Positions 8,920-18,637 of a DNA stretch of 64,000 bases are shown piece by piece; within the stretch, counting starts at the first letter, position 1, and each line of letters opens with the position of its first letter. Where the stretch lies: positions 1 to 64,000 of IMG/VR virus record IMGVR_UViG_2930369814_000001. The stretch is one strand, 5' to 3'. The notes under the pieces were generated by a model that searched no databases, was not told where the DNA came from, and saw nothing but the letters and a program-made list of their open reading frames with translations. The position numbers were made by a program, and so were the translations under genes. The stretch is from a virus (lineage: Duplodnaviria; Caudoviricetes).

Positions 8920-9960
8920 TCAGTCATCCTCGACTGAGCGCATCGCGGCGGCGATCTCGTCCTGCATCTTGTAGGAGGGTGAGCGGTGCAGGGCGCCAGC
9001 TGCCCGGTCGTATCGGCGAGTGGTCCGCGGGTCGGCGTGGCCCATCGCGTCTTGTACGTCGGCGAGCGGCACGCTCTTGCTCAGCAGTGCTGTGGCGTAG
9101 CTGTGCCGGAATGAGTGCGGAGACAGCCTCTCGCCGTGCGGGATCCCGGCACCCTTCGCAACCCGGCGCACTGTGCGGAGTGCAGCCGGCTCATCCATGG
9201 GCTTGCCAGAGGCGGTGGCAAACAGCGGATCGCTGGGCTGCACCTCACCACGCTCCTGGAGATAGGCCTCGATCGCTTCGACGGCGAGCGGTACCAGCAC
9301 GAACCGCTTCCGGTGGTCGCCCTTGGTTCGGAGGCGGATGACGCGGTGCCCTTCATCGTGACCCAGGGATCCGACCGTCGCGGAGAGGACTGACCCGATG
9401 CGGGCCGCGGTCGTGGCCAGCGTAACGAGCAGCGCGTAAGTGCGGGCGCTCTCGTTCTTCTTGGCGTACCGCAGTACGCGGGCAAGTTGGTCGGGCGAGA
9501 GGCCTTGGGTGGGCGAGTCGTCCACGGAGACGGATGGGCGCTCCATGCCGAGGAAGGGGTTGCGGTCGGCGGCTTCCGCGCGGACGAGGTATGCGTACCA
9601 ACTGGAGGCGGCGGCGAGACGGCGGGCTTGGGTGGCCTTGGCGAGTCCGGCATCTTGGAGGGCGGCGGCGTACTGGTCGGCTTGGAGTGGGCGGGCCAGC
9701 GCAGGATTGGTGCGGGCGGCGGCGCACCAGGCGAGCCACCAGGAGGCATCTTTGGCGTAGGCCGTCTTGCTGTGGAGGGACTTGCGGCGGGCAAGCCAGG
9801 TCTCGGTGGCTTCAACGACCCCGCCATCGGCGCCGGCTTGGCGCAGCAGATCGATGAGCGTTTCCGGTGAGGAGGCGGGCGGGTTGCCGCGGAGGCGGAG
9901 CTGCGGGGCGCCAGTCGGCTCGATGAAGGTCGCTTGAGGGATCGCGGGAAGGTCGGCCAT
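8920..9960 (-). CDS. XerC/D-like tyrosine recombinase
   Basis: TAARIGS, TKG, HSFRH, MGHADPRTTRRY catalytic residues; SAM-like N-terminal domain. Confidence 0.92.
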   Translation of the reverse strand: MADLPAIPQATFIEPTGAPQLRLRGNPPASSPETLIDLLRQAGADGGVVEATETWLARRKSLHSKTAYAKDASWWLAWCAAARTNPALARPLQADQYAAALQDAGLAKATQARRLAAASSWYAYLVRAEAADRNPFLGMERPSVSVDDSPTQGLSPDQLARVLRYAKKNESARTYALLVTLATTAARIGSVLSATVGSLGHDEGHRVIRLRTKGDHRKRFVLVPLAVEAIEAYLQERGEVQPSDPLFATASGKPMDEPAALRTVRRVAKGAGIPHGERLSPHSFRHSYATALLSKSVPLADVQDAMGHADPRTTRRYDRAAGALHRSPSYKMQDEIAAAMRSVEDD

Positions 9961-9963
9961 GCG

Positions 9964-9989
9964 TACAGGATAACGGTCATTATTCTGTA
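9964..9989. other. dif-like recombination core site
   Basis: TACAGGATAA-CGGTCA-TTATTCTGTA: 10-bp inverted arms (9/10 match) around a 6-bp spacer. Confidence 0.65.
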
Positions 9990-10121
9990 GCGCCGCGTGT
10001 CCCGAAAGCCGGTCAGGAAGCTGCACTCAAGGGAACGTTATGCGCTACCACTCCTCCCGAGGCCCTGCTGACAGTCGGCTTCAACTTCGACAGACTCGCG
10101 GCGCCGGAACGCGACGAAGGG

Positions 10122-10316
10122 GTGGAGATGACAGAGCTGAACTATGAGCAACTACAGGCGCGGGCGCTCGACAACGCGCAACAGTCCTGGGATGCAGCAG
10201 GCGCTGAACAGCATGCAGCGGAGGCCCGACTCCTTGCTGTCGCGCAGATCCAAGCGTTGCTCGCCGTCGGGGCAGCTCTTCGTGACGTGGCTGACGCGAT
10301 CCGAGAAGGCAAGTAA
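10122..10316 (+). CDS. small hypothetical protein
   Basis: Helical ORF followed by a strong hairpin. Confidence 0.55.
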   Translation: MEMTELNYEQLQARALDNAQQSWDAAGAEQHAAEARLLAVAQIQALLAVGAALRDVADAIREGK

Positions 10317-10319
10317 ACG

Positions 10320-10369
10320 CCACTGCGCCCCCGCTCCCCTGTCGCGGCAGGGGAGCGGGGGCGCAGTGG
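10320..10369. terminator. bidirectional terminator
   Basis: ccactgcgcccccgctcccctg / caggggagcgggggcgcagtgg perfect long stem. Confidence 0.75.
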
Positions 10370-10370
10370 T

Positions 10371-10481
10371 TCAGTCTCGGTTCCAGCCTCCCCACCGGAG
10401 GGTAATCAGCGCCGCGAGCAGGCTGCCTGCGAACTGAAGGTGGGCGCTGTACAGGTCGACGATCTGGCCGGTGAGCATCAT
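10371..10481 (-). CDS. possible 36-aa hydrophobic peptide
   Basis: MMLTGQIVDLYSAHLQFAGSLLAALITLRWGGWNRD ending at the hairpin. Confidence 0.35.
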   Translation of the reverse strand: MMLTGQIVDLYSAHLQFAGSLLAALITLRWGGWNRD

Positions 10482-10698
10482 GTCTCGCTCTCGAATGGGA
10501 GTGATGCCCGGCCCACAACCAGCGGCAATGCTGCGACCCGGCCCTCAACCAGCAATCCACAGCTGTCGCGATTCTACGCAGACGGTCGACTCGGCAGGTA
10601 TCACCCGATCAGGCGGCGACTGTCACGGACCGGTAACCTACCCTCACAGTCCCCTCACATCTGCTCTACCGTGATCCGATCGAGCCTTGGGGGGATCT

Positions 10699-11361
10699 AT
10701 GCGTGTTCGCGTGACTGCGGCTACGGCCGTCCTGCTCCTGGCGGTCCTCACAGCGTGCGGCGGAGGGGACGGCGACAAGCCGACGGAGAGGCCGTTGACG
10801 TCTTCACCGGCCGAACCGACCTCGAGTGGTGACCCGACGGGTGGCGGCGAGCCGTCCAGTGGGGAACCGTCCGGTGGCGGGGAAGGCGGCGAGGGCCTGG
10901 CGTTGGGGAAGGCAGCCCAGACGACGGGTGACGGCGGGACGGGCGTCCTGGAGATCACCCCGGACACGGTCGTCTTCGTCAAGGAGGGATCTGGTGAGAC
11001 CGCGGAGAACGGGGTGTTCGCTGTCGTCACGATGAAGGACAAGGCGATGACCGCGGTCGCCGCCGACGAGCCGGCGCCGGTTAGCGGCGGCGGCTGGACG
11101 TGGATGGCCCCAGACGGGGAGATGATCGGCGAGGGCGGCGGCAGTGCCTTCAACGTCGTCATGGACAAGTACAACAACGCCGACCCGGTGCAGCCGGGCG
11201 CCTACCAGTGGCGGGCGAAGGTCTTCGACCTGACACCAGCCCAAGCGAAGGGCGGCACGCTGATCTACATCGACGGCGAGAACAAGGCGCACCGCTGGCA
11301 GATGCCGTCCACGGACTCCGGCCCGAACGTCGCCGAGGTGAAGAAGCAGCTCGCACCCTGA
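10699..11361 (+). CDS. lipoprotein (possible superinfection exclusion)
   Basis: Lipobox LTA-C, Gly/Ser/Pro linker, beta-rich domain; opposite strand to the lysis genes. Confidence 0.8.
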   Translation: MRVRVTAATAVLLLAVLTACGGGDGDKPTERPLTSSPAEPTSSGDPTGGGEPSSGEPSGGGEGGEGLALGKAAQTTGDGGTGVLEITPDTVVFVKEGSGETAENGVFAVVTMKDKAMTAVAADEPAPVSGGGWTWMAPDGEMIGEGGGSAFNVVMDKYNNADPVQPGAYQWRAKVFDLTPAQAKGGTLIYIDGENKAHRWQMPSTDSGPNVAEVKKQLAP

Positions 11362-11423
11362 GCATGAGGAAGCGCCCCCGCCGACTGCCGAAGCAGTGGC
11401 GGGGGCGTTGTTCACGCGACAGG

Positions 11424-11729
11424 TCAGAAGTCAGCGCCCTCAGTCAGCGCCTCGCGGTACATCTGGTCTTCCAGTCCGGTTGGCACGTGGACGTGGACGG
11501 GCTCCCGACCGATCACCGGATAGTCTGGCAGGTCGCCCGGAGCGATGAGGACTCGGTCGCCGAGTCTGCTACGCAGCGCGCCCTTCAGGGTGTCCCGTAG
11601 TAGTTCGTCAGCGTCATCCCAAGCCGAGCGTGGTACCTCCTGCACTTCGGCAATCTCTCGACCGCCCACTCGGGTCGAACAGCACAGGACCACGGGAGCG
11701 CGGAAGTTGTCGAGGTCGCTGTAGCTCAT
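11424..11729 (-). CDS. hypothetical protein
   Basis: 101-aa ORF with normal composition. Confidence 0.55.
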   Translation of the reverse strand: MSYSDLDNFRAPVVLCCSTRVGGREIAEVQEVPRSAWDDADELLRDTLKGALRSRLGDRVLIAPGDLPDYPVIGREPVHVHVPTGLEDQMYREALTEGADF

Positions 11730-11769
11730 GCACCCAGTCTCGCCCCCAACCCCGATCCGTGCATGCTCC

Positions 11770-11946
11770 TTACGCTGGCTCGTCGGGCATGTACCCGTCG
11801 GGCAGGCCGGGATAGACCGGTTCCTGGAACGGCTGGGTGGCCGGTTCAGGGATGGGCTGCGGGTCGATGCGGCCCATCCGCTCGAGGCTGCCTGCGTCAG
11901 CAGCCCCCGGATCCTGCCGCGGCTGGAGAGGGATCGGGTCGGGCAT
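11770..11946 (-). CDS. small Pro/acidic protein after the lysis cassette
   Basis: MPDPIPLQPRQDPGAADAG...; starts 2 nt after the previous stop. Confidence 0.45.
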   Translation of the reverse strand: MPDPIPLQPRQDPGAADAGSLERMGRIDPQPIPEPATQPFQEPVYPGLPDGYMPDEPA

Positions 11947-11948
11947 GC

Positions 11949-12308
11949 TCAGACTCCAGTTCGGTTGTACTCGTCGACCCTGGCCGGCGGCGCCGGGGGT
12001 TCGATGCCGTGCCGCCGCATCTGCGTCGTCAAGTCCAGGACGTAGCCTGCGAAGCTCCGTACCAGGGATCTCATCGACCGTGTTTCGGTGCGGAGTTCCT
12101 CGATCTCTTCCTGCATGTCGCTGCGGATCGCTTGGAACGCGGCCAGGTCAGCGGCCCGCTGGTTGGGTTCGGCCGCCGCTTGTGCCGCCGCCGTGTTCGC
12201 CCGAGCGGTGGCCTGGGCGGCTCGGGTCGTAGCTCGGGCGGTGAACGAGACGCCCACGAGTGTGAGCACCGACCCGAGCACCGTGACGACGATGGCTGCT
12301 GCGTTCAT
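11949..12308 (-). CDS. membrane-anchored coiled-coil lysis accessory protein
   Basis: N-terminal TM segment then coiled coil, GIEPPAPP tail. Confidence 0.7.
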   Translation of the reverse strand: MNAAAIVVTVLGSVLTLVGVSFTARATTRAAQATARANTAAAQAAAEPNQRAADLAAFQAIRSDMQEEIEELRTETRSMRSLVRSFAGYVLDLTTQMRRHGIEPPAPPARVDEYNRTGV

Positions 12309-12748
12309 GCGGCCTTGCCTCTCCGGGCAGGCCTCGGTGCGCGGGGGACCGAGTACTCGGGGACCGTGGCCGCCCACAGGATGACCCCCACGTGGGAGGT
12401 GAGATACCAGAGTGCGACGTAGGCGCCGCGGGAGTAGTAGCCGCTGATGACAGCAGCTGTGTAGGCGGATGCCCACACCGTGGGGGGAATCAGGGCGACA
12501 GCGAACCCGATCTTGTCGCGGCCGATCCGGAGGAACGCGGAGCCGGTGGTGACGAGTCCGGCGACGATCCAGAGCCACGACCAGTGGCGGAGGCTGCACA
12601 CGTCGGTGAGGAGCTTCAGTCCGTGGTCGGCTGGCGGGTCGAAGAGGAAGGACAGGCCCCAGCAGGTCTTGCCGGTGCCGAGGATGAGGAGGAAGCAGCC
12701 GCGGCGGCCCAGCGTCTTGTACAGCCGCCGGGCCGCACGGCACGTCAT
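12305..12748 (-). CDS. multi-TM membrane protein (holin-like)
   Basis: About four hydrophobic helices; coupled by ATGA overlap. Confidence 0.7.
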   Translation of the reverse strand: MTCRAARRLYKTLGRRGCFLLILGTGKTCWGLSFLFDPPADHGLKLLTDVCSLRHWSWLWIVAGLVTTGSAFLRIGRDKIGFAVALIPPTVWASAYTAAVISGYYSRGAYVALWYLTSHVGVILWAATVPEYSVPRAPRPARRGKAA

Positions 12749-13110
12749 CAGACCGTCCGCGGGGGTTCGGCGGTGGCCGGTGTGCTCGGGTTGGCGGGGG
12801 CGACCTGGCCGCGGGTGAGGAGGGCGAGTCCGGCGAGGACGACGGCGTTGAGGGCGCCGATCTTCTCGGTGGACAGTTCGAGGCCGTAGGCGGCGAGGAG
12901 TGCGGCGACCGCGGCGACGAGTCCGGTGAACGCGCTGGGCGCGATGGGCCGTGTGACGGCTGCGGTGGCTGCGGCGAACACGGCGGAGATGACGGCGACG
13001 ATCGCGCCCGCCTGCTCCGCGGACAGGCCGAACCCGAAGGTGACCAGCAGGCTGAGGCCTGCGGACACTCCGGCGATGATGAGGGCAGGCTCTCTGCCGA
13101 AGATCTTCAT
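12748..13110 (-). CDS. holin
   Basis: MKIFGREPAL... four TM segments, RGQVAP tail; follows the endolysin. Confidence 0.75.
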   Translation of the reverse strand: MKIFGREPALIIAGVSAGLSLLVTFGFGLSAEQAGAIVAVISAVFAAATAAVTRPIAPSAFTGLVAAVAALLAAYGLELSTEKIGALNAVVLAGLALLTRGQVAPANPSTPATAEPPRTV

Positions 13111-13112
13111 GG

Positions 13113-13970
13113 TCACTTCTCCTTGGTGAGGGCGGCGGTGAGCTTGTTGACGGCCGCGGTGAGGGTCTTGAGCTGGGCCATGAGGTCGTCGTGGTGCTTG
13201 TCGCCGTACTCCATGAAGTCCTGGGCGGCGATCTTGCGGGGCTGGCCCTTGGAGTCCTTGCGGAACTGGTTTTCGATGCCGTAGGTCCAGACGGCCTTGG
13301 CGACCTCTGCTGCGCTGGGCATGTCGTCCTCCTGCTGATCGGTGGGGGTGGTGGTCTTGCCTGCGGCGCGGGCGAGGATTGCGGCCATGGGCAGCAGGCC
13401 GGGGTCGCCGTGATCGTTTTCGGGGACGTGCTGATGCCCGCAGTGCCCGCGGTAGCTGCTCCACTTCGAGGCGGACATACGGACACTGCTCGCGCCGTAG
13501 CTGGACGGGTACGCCTTGAAGGTCACGCCGCTGGTGAGCGGGACGCCGTGGTGGTCGTGGGCCCACTTCGCGAACGCGGCCAGGTCGCGGACGGCCCAGT
13601 CGGGCAGTTCCGGCGTGTACAGGTGCGGGGTGCTGCCCCACTTCTTGTGGGTGGCCGGGTCGCAGGTGCCGACGATCTCGACCTGGCAGACGTTCAGCGT
13701 GTTCGTCTCCACGCCGCCGCTCTTGTTGACGAGGGCGCGGGATGAGACGTCGAAGTCGAAGTGCTGGTACCAGACCAGTCGCTTCGCCGTGAAGTCCGGC
13801 TTGGCGGTGAAGTTCGGGGCCGACGCGCCACCACCATAGGAGGGCAGGCTGGTTCCTTCGGTGGTGTGCCAGACGATCACGTTGGACTCCATGGCGGTGC
13901 CGCCGTACCGGGACTGGTGCCAGTAGGCGGTGGATGCGCCGGGGTAGCGCTGCGGACCGGTCTTGGCCAT
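13113..13970 (-). CDS. endolysin, N-acetylmuramoyl-L-alanine amidase
   Basis: WHTTEG, QVEIVG and GHQHVPENDHGDPG Zn-amidase motifs. Confidence 0.9.
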   Translation of the reverse strand: MAKTGPQRYPGASTAYWHQSRYGGTAMESNVIVWHTTEGTSLPSYGGGASAPNFTAKPDFTAKRLVWYQHFDFDVSSRALVNKSGGVETNTLNVCQVEIVGTCDPATHKKWGSTPHLYTPELPDWAVRDLAAFAKWAHDHHGVPLTSGVTFKAYPSSYGASSVRMSASKWSSYRGHCGHQHVPENDHGDPGLLPMAAILARAAGKTTTPTDQQEDDMPSAAEVAKAVWTYGIENQFRKDSKGQPRKIAAQDFMEYGDKHHDDLMAQLKTLTAAVNKLTAALTKEK

Positions 13971-14022
13971 GAGGCCTCCAGATGAGAAAGGCCCCGGGCC
14001 GGGTCGGCGCGGGGCGTGCTCG

Positions 14023-14646
14023 TCACAGGGTGTACATGATGTTGTTGAGGCTGATCCACGGTGGCTCGGCGCCGCCCTTGGCGACGATGGTGACGGTGCC
14101 ATCCGTGTTGAAGTCGATCTTCATGGACAGCTGGTCGGAATTCACGCCGGAGCAGGCGGCGGTCACAGTGCGGCGGGATGTGGGGCGGGCCCCTGCAGGC
14201 ATCGTCGTGGACAGGAACATGCCGCCGTTGGCGGGGCTTGAGCCTGCGCCCACGTAGGTGACGTTGAGGCCGCCGGACCACATGATGGCGTCCTCACCGA
14301 ACAGGTTGACCTTGCGCCAGCGGACCGTGCCATTCGAGTTGCCGTTGTTGGTGTAGCCCGTGGCCAGTGCCGGGGCTGTCCACGCCTGGCTTCCCGCGGC
14401 GACCACCGACCAGCTGCTTCCGTCGTAGAGGGTCAGCAGGTTCTGGTCCTTCAACCAGGCCATCATGCCCTCGACCGGTGCCTGATCGTCGACGAGGGTC
14501 GCGCCGCGTTCCGACGCTGACGCGAACCGCAGGATGCTGCGCGGGATCAGTCCGTCCGCTACCGCTTTGATCGCATCGGGGATGCTCGGGGCGTCGGTCA
14601 TCGACCATATCTGGATGCCCTGCCCGTAGGCGTCTGGAGTGGGCAA
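14023..14646 (-). CDS. minor tail / fibre protein
   Basis: FASASER...PVEGMMAWL; C-terminal receptor-binding-type beta domain (MPAGARP...WISLNNI). Confidence 0.75.
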   Translation of the reverse strand: MPTPDAYGQGIQIWSMTDAPSIPDAIKAVADGLIPRSILRFASASERGATLVDDQAPVEGMMAWLKDQNLLTLYDGSSWSVVAAGSQAWTAPALATGYTNNGNSNGTVRWRKVNLFGEDAIMWSGGLNVTYVGAGSSPANGGMFLSTTMPAGARPTSRRTVTAACSGVNSDQLSMKIDFNTDGTVTIVAKGGAEPPWISLNNIMYTL

Positions 14647-14655
14647 GGGGGCCTC

Positions 14656-15294
14656 CTAGATGTCGTAGTAGCAGCCGTCGATCGCCACCCACGTCGTCTG
14701 GTTCGGCGAGCCAAGACCATGGATTTGCAGGACACCACCGGTGGTGACTTCGATGACGGTGACGCCTTTCGTGTCTGAGGTGAGCTGGCGGCGGCACGGC
14801 ATCGACCGCGCATAGGGCGGACGTGCAGCCGAGGGCAGTGCCGATGAGACGTTCGTCTGGGCAGTGACCGCTGTGGAGCACGCGATCGAACCGCGGAGTT
14901 CGACACGGACCGTCCCGGCAACGGTGATCACCCGGTATTGGGCGGGCCCGAAAATGCTGTGAGGCGTCGTGAATCCTGCGAGGAGCGGGATAGCAGTCCA
15001 GACCCCGCTGGGCGCGGAAGCCGCCGCAGGACGGCCGGGGGTGATCCAGTTTCCGCTGCTGGACTGTTCAATGACGATCCAGTCGCCGACCTTGGGCGCC
15101 AAGTAGGTTTCCAGGCAGCGGATCGCCGGGATGCCGTCCACGGCCACGGTGCCGTCGCCGCCGACGGCGGTGACGACAGCGGTCCGCCAGTCCGCCCCCC
15201 GCACTGACGGTGCCGACTCCCCCGCCCTGGTGGCCCGCTGCGCAATCGCCCAGGCGAGGTCGCGGTGCACGGCTGGTGCGGGACGGTCGGGCAT
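14656..15294 (-). CDS. minor tail protein
   Basis: OB-like YLAPKVGDWIVI and C-terminal LPSAARP...WVAIDG. Confidence 0.75.
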   Translation of the reverse strand: MPDRPAPAVHRDLAWAIAQRATRAGESAPSVRGADWRTAVVTAVGGDGTVAVDGIPAIRCLETYLAPKVGDWIVIEQSSSGNWITPGRPAAASAPSGVWTAIPLLAGFTTPHSIFGPAQYRVITVAGTVRVELRGSIACSTAVTAQTNVSSALPSAARPPYARSMPCRRQLTSDTKGVTVIEVTTGGVLQIHGLGSPNQTTWVAIDGCYYDI

Positions 15295-16388
15295 CAGGCG
15301 TCCTCCTTCGCCGCGATTGTGGAGATCGGCAGGTCGCCCTCCTGGGACAGCGGCACCGTGAACGCGGCCACCTGGTGCAGCTCGCGGGTGCCGTCTTCGT
15401 GGGTGACGCGGATGACATCCCCCGGTTCCAGTGCCGGGTTGGGCAGGGCGCTGATGTCGCCGGTGGCGTTCGGGGCTTTGGCCTGCCGCAGTTTCAGCGT
15501 TGCCGCCTGCTGGCAGGCCGCGAGCGTTGTCAGCGTGCTCGACGAGTAGAAGTCGGGGCGGCGGCCGAACGGCCCGCCCCAGTACGTCGGCGAGCCCGGG
15601 TCGTCGTCGACGGCCAGCCACGACACCGGCGGAACGCTGTCGGAGGTGTTTTCGCCGGACGCCAGGATCCCGTTGTGGACCTTGTCGCTGGTCATGGCCC
15701 GGTTGCCCTTGATGTAGACGCCGCCCTCCACGGCCTCCACCGCCCACACCGGATCTGCTTCCAGCAAGTCCGGCAGCGTGGCGATCACGAACACGCCGTC
15801 CGCATTGCAGTACACCTCTGCCCCGGCCGCCGCGGCGATCTCCTGCGCGCCGGCCCACGGATCGGCCTGGATGTCGAAAGTGCGGCGGCCGATGGGGGCG
15901 TCGTCGATGAGGCTGATGACGTCCGCGTCGGGGAGGCTGCGCTGGATGAGGGCGGTGACGGCGCCGACGGCGGTGCCGGTCGCCGAATACGGTTCGGTGA
16001 GTTTGTCGTCGGCGACGCACGCGGACAGATCCTTGCCCGCGAGGTTGACTGGGCCTTCGTTGACGTCACCGTCGACCGTGTCCAGCCTGAACACGCCCAG
16101 CGGCACCAGCTCGGGCTGGTCGGGGTTGCCGTAGTCGACGCCGCGGGAGATGCGGAGCCGGGCGCCGTAGGTGGCGAGCTGGTCGGTGGGTGTGCGGGGG
16201 ATGACGGACGGGTCGGCGACGGTGACGGTGCAGGTGCGGCGGATGGCCTGCCCGCGGTCGACCGTCACCGATCCGCCCGTGTACTCCACGTCGACGACCT
16301 CGCCTGTCGTCAGAAACAGCTGCACGCGGGTCGCGACACGGTGGCTCTCGGCGAGGCGGGCGAGGAACCGGTCGGAGACGGGGTACAC
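15294..16388 (-). CDS. baseplate hub-like minor tail protein (DUF5047-like)
   Basis: GGSVTVDRGQAIRRTC, VPLGVFR, PNPALEPGDVI. Confidence 0.8.
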   Translation of the reverse strand: MYPVSDRFLARLAESHRVATRVQLFLTTGEVVDVEYTGGSVTVDRGQAIRRTCTVTVADPSVIPRTPTDQLATYGARLRISRGVDYGNPDQPELVPLGVFRLDTVDGDVNEGPVNLAGKDLSACVADDKLTEPYSATGTAVGAVTALIQRSLPDADVISLIDDAPIGRRTFDIQADPWAGAQEIAAAAGAEVYCNADGVFVIATLPDLLEADPVWAVEAVEGGVYIKGNRAMTSDKVHNGILASGENTSDSVPPVSWLAVDDDPGSPTYWGGPFGRRPDFYSSSTLTTLAACQQAATLKLRQAKAPNATGDISALPNPALEPGDVIRVTHEDGTRELHQVAAFTVPLSQEGDLPISTIAAKEDA

Positions 16389-16392
16389 GGGC

Positions 16393-18624
16393 TCACCCCA
16401 TTCGGCGGTCGAGCAGCAGATCCTCGCTGGTGGCGTACACGGTGAGGAGATCGGCGCAGGTGGCGAACTCGGCGACCACGTCCTGCCAAGTCCTGCCTGC
16501 CGCCCCGTTGACCCCGGCGGTGACGGGCATGTCCTGCTCCGTGAGTGGCAGCGTCCACGTCCGCCACTGTTCCTGGGCGAGCTTGCCGATGCGGCCCTCG
16601 GAGATGGTGGCGACGGACACGTACATGTCGTCGACGCCCATGCCCGGCGCGGCTTGCCACAGCAGGACGTTTCCGGAGTCCAGCAGCAGGTGCAGGGCCT
16701 CCCGTTCGGCGTCGGTGCGGGTCCAGATCGCAAGGTCGCCTTCCAGGCCCTGCCGCCTGCCGGACAGCACGACCTTGTTGCGGCGGCCTCGGATCACGAA
16801 CGCTGCCTGCTCGATCGGCCGCTCCCACTCCGGCGCCTGCTGCACCAGCACCAGGCAGTTACGCTGTGGGTTCGCCGGATCCTTCAACCAGGACGTGTTG
16901 ATGTCAGCGAGGCTGAGTGTCACCGGCTCCGAGGAGCGGGTGGCCGCAAGGACGCCGGTGGTGCTGTACAGCTCGATGCGGTACGACACGGTGACGCCGA
17001 TCGGCGCCTCGTGGTCCTCCAGGACCATGGCGTCGCTGTCGATCGGCTGCTGGTTGATCAGCCCGTCCGGGCCGCGGACAAGGGTCCGTGCCCCGTCCGG
17101 GGTGATCCGGTACACGCTGATCAGGTAGTCGGCGGGCAGCTCCCGCAGCGTCAGCTGGATGTAGCCGCCCGCCGAGACCGCCTCCACGGCGATCAGGGGA
17201 AGCACCTGCCACAGGGCGACCCCGTCCACCCACAGCACCGATGCCGCTGCTGCCGCGACCGGCACTACTTCGACTGCTGCCTGTGTGGCCCCGGCGGGGG
17301 CTGTCGCGTCTGAGGTGAGCAGGTACCAGGAGCCGGGCGGTACTGCGTAGGCGAGGCCTGTGCTGGTGCCGAGGTCGCCGCCGCCGCTGTCGTACCAGTG
17401 GGTGCGGACCCTAACGGACGTCCACGATCCGACGCTGTGCCGGACGATGATCTGTGCCCGCCAGTTCACGCCGTCCGTTACCGGGGCGAGCGGCGAGCGA
17501 AGCGTCGACGTGGCTGCTGTTGCGCTTGTGACGGTGAGCGAGTAGTTGCCCGAGTAGGCGGCGGCACCCCACGGTGTCGACCGGGCCAGTGTGGCCGGCC
17601 CTGATGTCACCGTCCAGCCGCCCGTGCCCTGCTCGAAGCTGCTGCTGGAGTACGGAAGGACGGTGCCGGTGACCAGCGGGACCAGGTTGCGGACGACGAC
17701 CGTCTCCAGGCGCAGCACCTGCCCGGCCGCGGCACCGTCCAGGCCTGCGGCGATCCCGCAGGTGGCTGCGGCTGCCGGTGCGACCGCGGACAGCAGCTGC
17801 CGGTAGAAGCCGGTGCCCGGCGGCGCCAGCACGGCTCTGGTGGCCTGGATCTGGTTGCCGTTGGCGTCGTAGAAGCGCAGCTCCAGCCAGGCCACCGACG
17901 ACAGGGTCGGCGGCTGCAGATAGGCGTAGGCCAGGTACTCGACGCCCGGAGTCACAGACGGCCGGTCCACGGTCGCCGCCGCCGCGTTGCCTGCGGCGGT
18001 GGCAGTGACGGCGAGGGTGTGGCCGCCCGCCCAGTACCAGTCGACGGCCCAGGAGACGACCGGCACCTGCCGGGAGACCGTCGCGTTGACCTCGGGTGTC
18101 CAACCGGATGCGTCGATCTCCGTGGACTCGGTGCCGAACCCGAACAGATTGCCCGTCGTGCGCAGCGGCAGGCCGAGGTAGACGTTCTCGAAATAGGAGA
18201 CGACGTTCGGTGCGGCCGGCGTCATCATCGACAGCAGCACCTGGGCTTTGGCCGCCCCGACCGGGGCGGTGCCGGCGACGCTGATGCGGTGCCATGCTGC
18301 GGCGGCGGTCATGGTGACCAGAGACCACGTGATGCTGATCTCTGCGCCGGCCGTGTCGAGCCAGCGGATGCCGATGCGTTCGGGGACGGTGGCTCCGGAG
18401 GCGTCGGCGAACGTCTGGTAGGTGACGCTGGGGGTGACCGTGTAGGAAGACACGGTGCGGACCTGCGTCTCCCCCGCGGCAATGGACTTGACGAGGAGGC
18501 AGCCGTCGCCGTTCCGGCCGCCGCCCCCCTTACTGATCGTGCAGTTGAGTTTGGTCGTCCAGCCGGACGTGTTGGGGTCGACCATCTCGGTGGTCGGACT
18601 GAGGAGGTTCCCGGGGATCGCCAA
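16393..18624 (-). CDS. distal tail-like protein with carbohydrate-binding repeats
   Basis: Follows the tape measure gene; three repeated jelly-roll-like modules (..E..TSGW..; APAGA..A) before a Dit-like C-terminus. Confidence 0.75.
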   Translation of the reverse strand: MAIPGNLLSPTTEMVDPNTSGWTTKLNCTISKGGGGRNGDGCLLVKSIAAGETQVRTVSSYTVTPSVTYQTFADASGATVPERIGIRWLDTAGAEISITWSLVTMTAAAAWHRISVAGTAPVGAAKAQVLLSMMTPAAPNVVSYFENVYLGLPLRTTGNLFGFGTESTEIDASGWTPEVNATVSRQVPVVSWAVDWYWAGGHTLAVTATAAGNAAAATVDRPSVTPGVEYLAYAYLQPPTLSSVAWLELRFYDANGNQIQATRAVLAPPGTGFYRQLLSAVAPAAAATCGIAAGLDGAAAGQVLRLETVVVRNLVPLVTGTVLPYSSSSFEQGTGGWTVTSGPATLARSTPWGAAAYSGNYSLTVTSATAATSTLRSPLAPVTDGVNWRAQIIVRHSVGSWTSVRVRTHWYDSGGGDLGTSTGLAYAVPPGSWYLLTSDATAPAGATQAAVEVVPVAAAAASVLWVDGVALWQVLPLIAVEAVSAGGYIQLTLRELPADYLISVYRITPDGARTLVRGPDGLINQQPIDSDAMVLEDHEAPIGVTVSYRIELYSTTGVLAATRSSEPVTLSLADINTSWLKDPANPQRNCLVLVQQAPEWERPIEQAAFVIRGRRNKVVLSGRRQGLEGDLAIWTRTDAEREALHLLLDSGNVLLWQAAPGMGVDDMYVSVATISEGRIGKLAQEQWRTWTLPLTEQDMPVTAGVNGAAGRTWQDVVAEFATCADLLTVYATSEDLLLDRRMG

Positions 18625-18637
18625 GGTGGTGGCCTCC

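Noticed and set aside
8920-9960. Prophage integrase marking an element end
   Set aside because: Phage-like genes lie on both sides; no att core or host gene is visible
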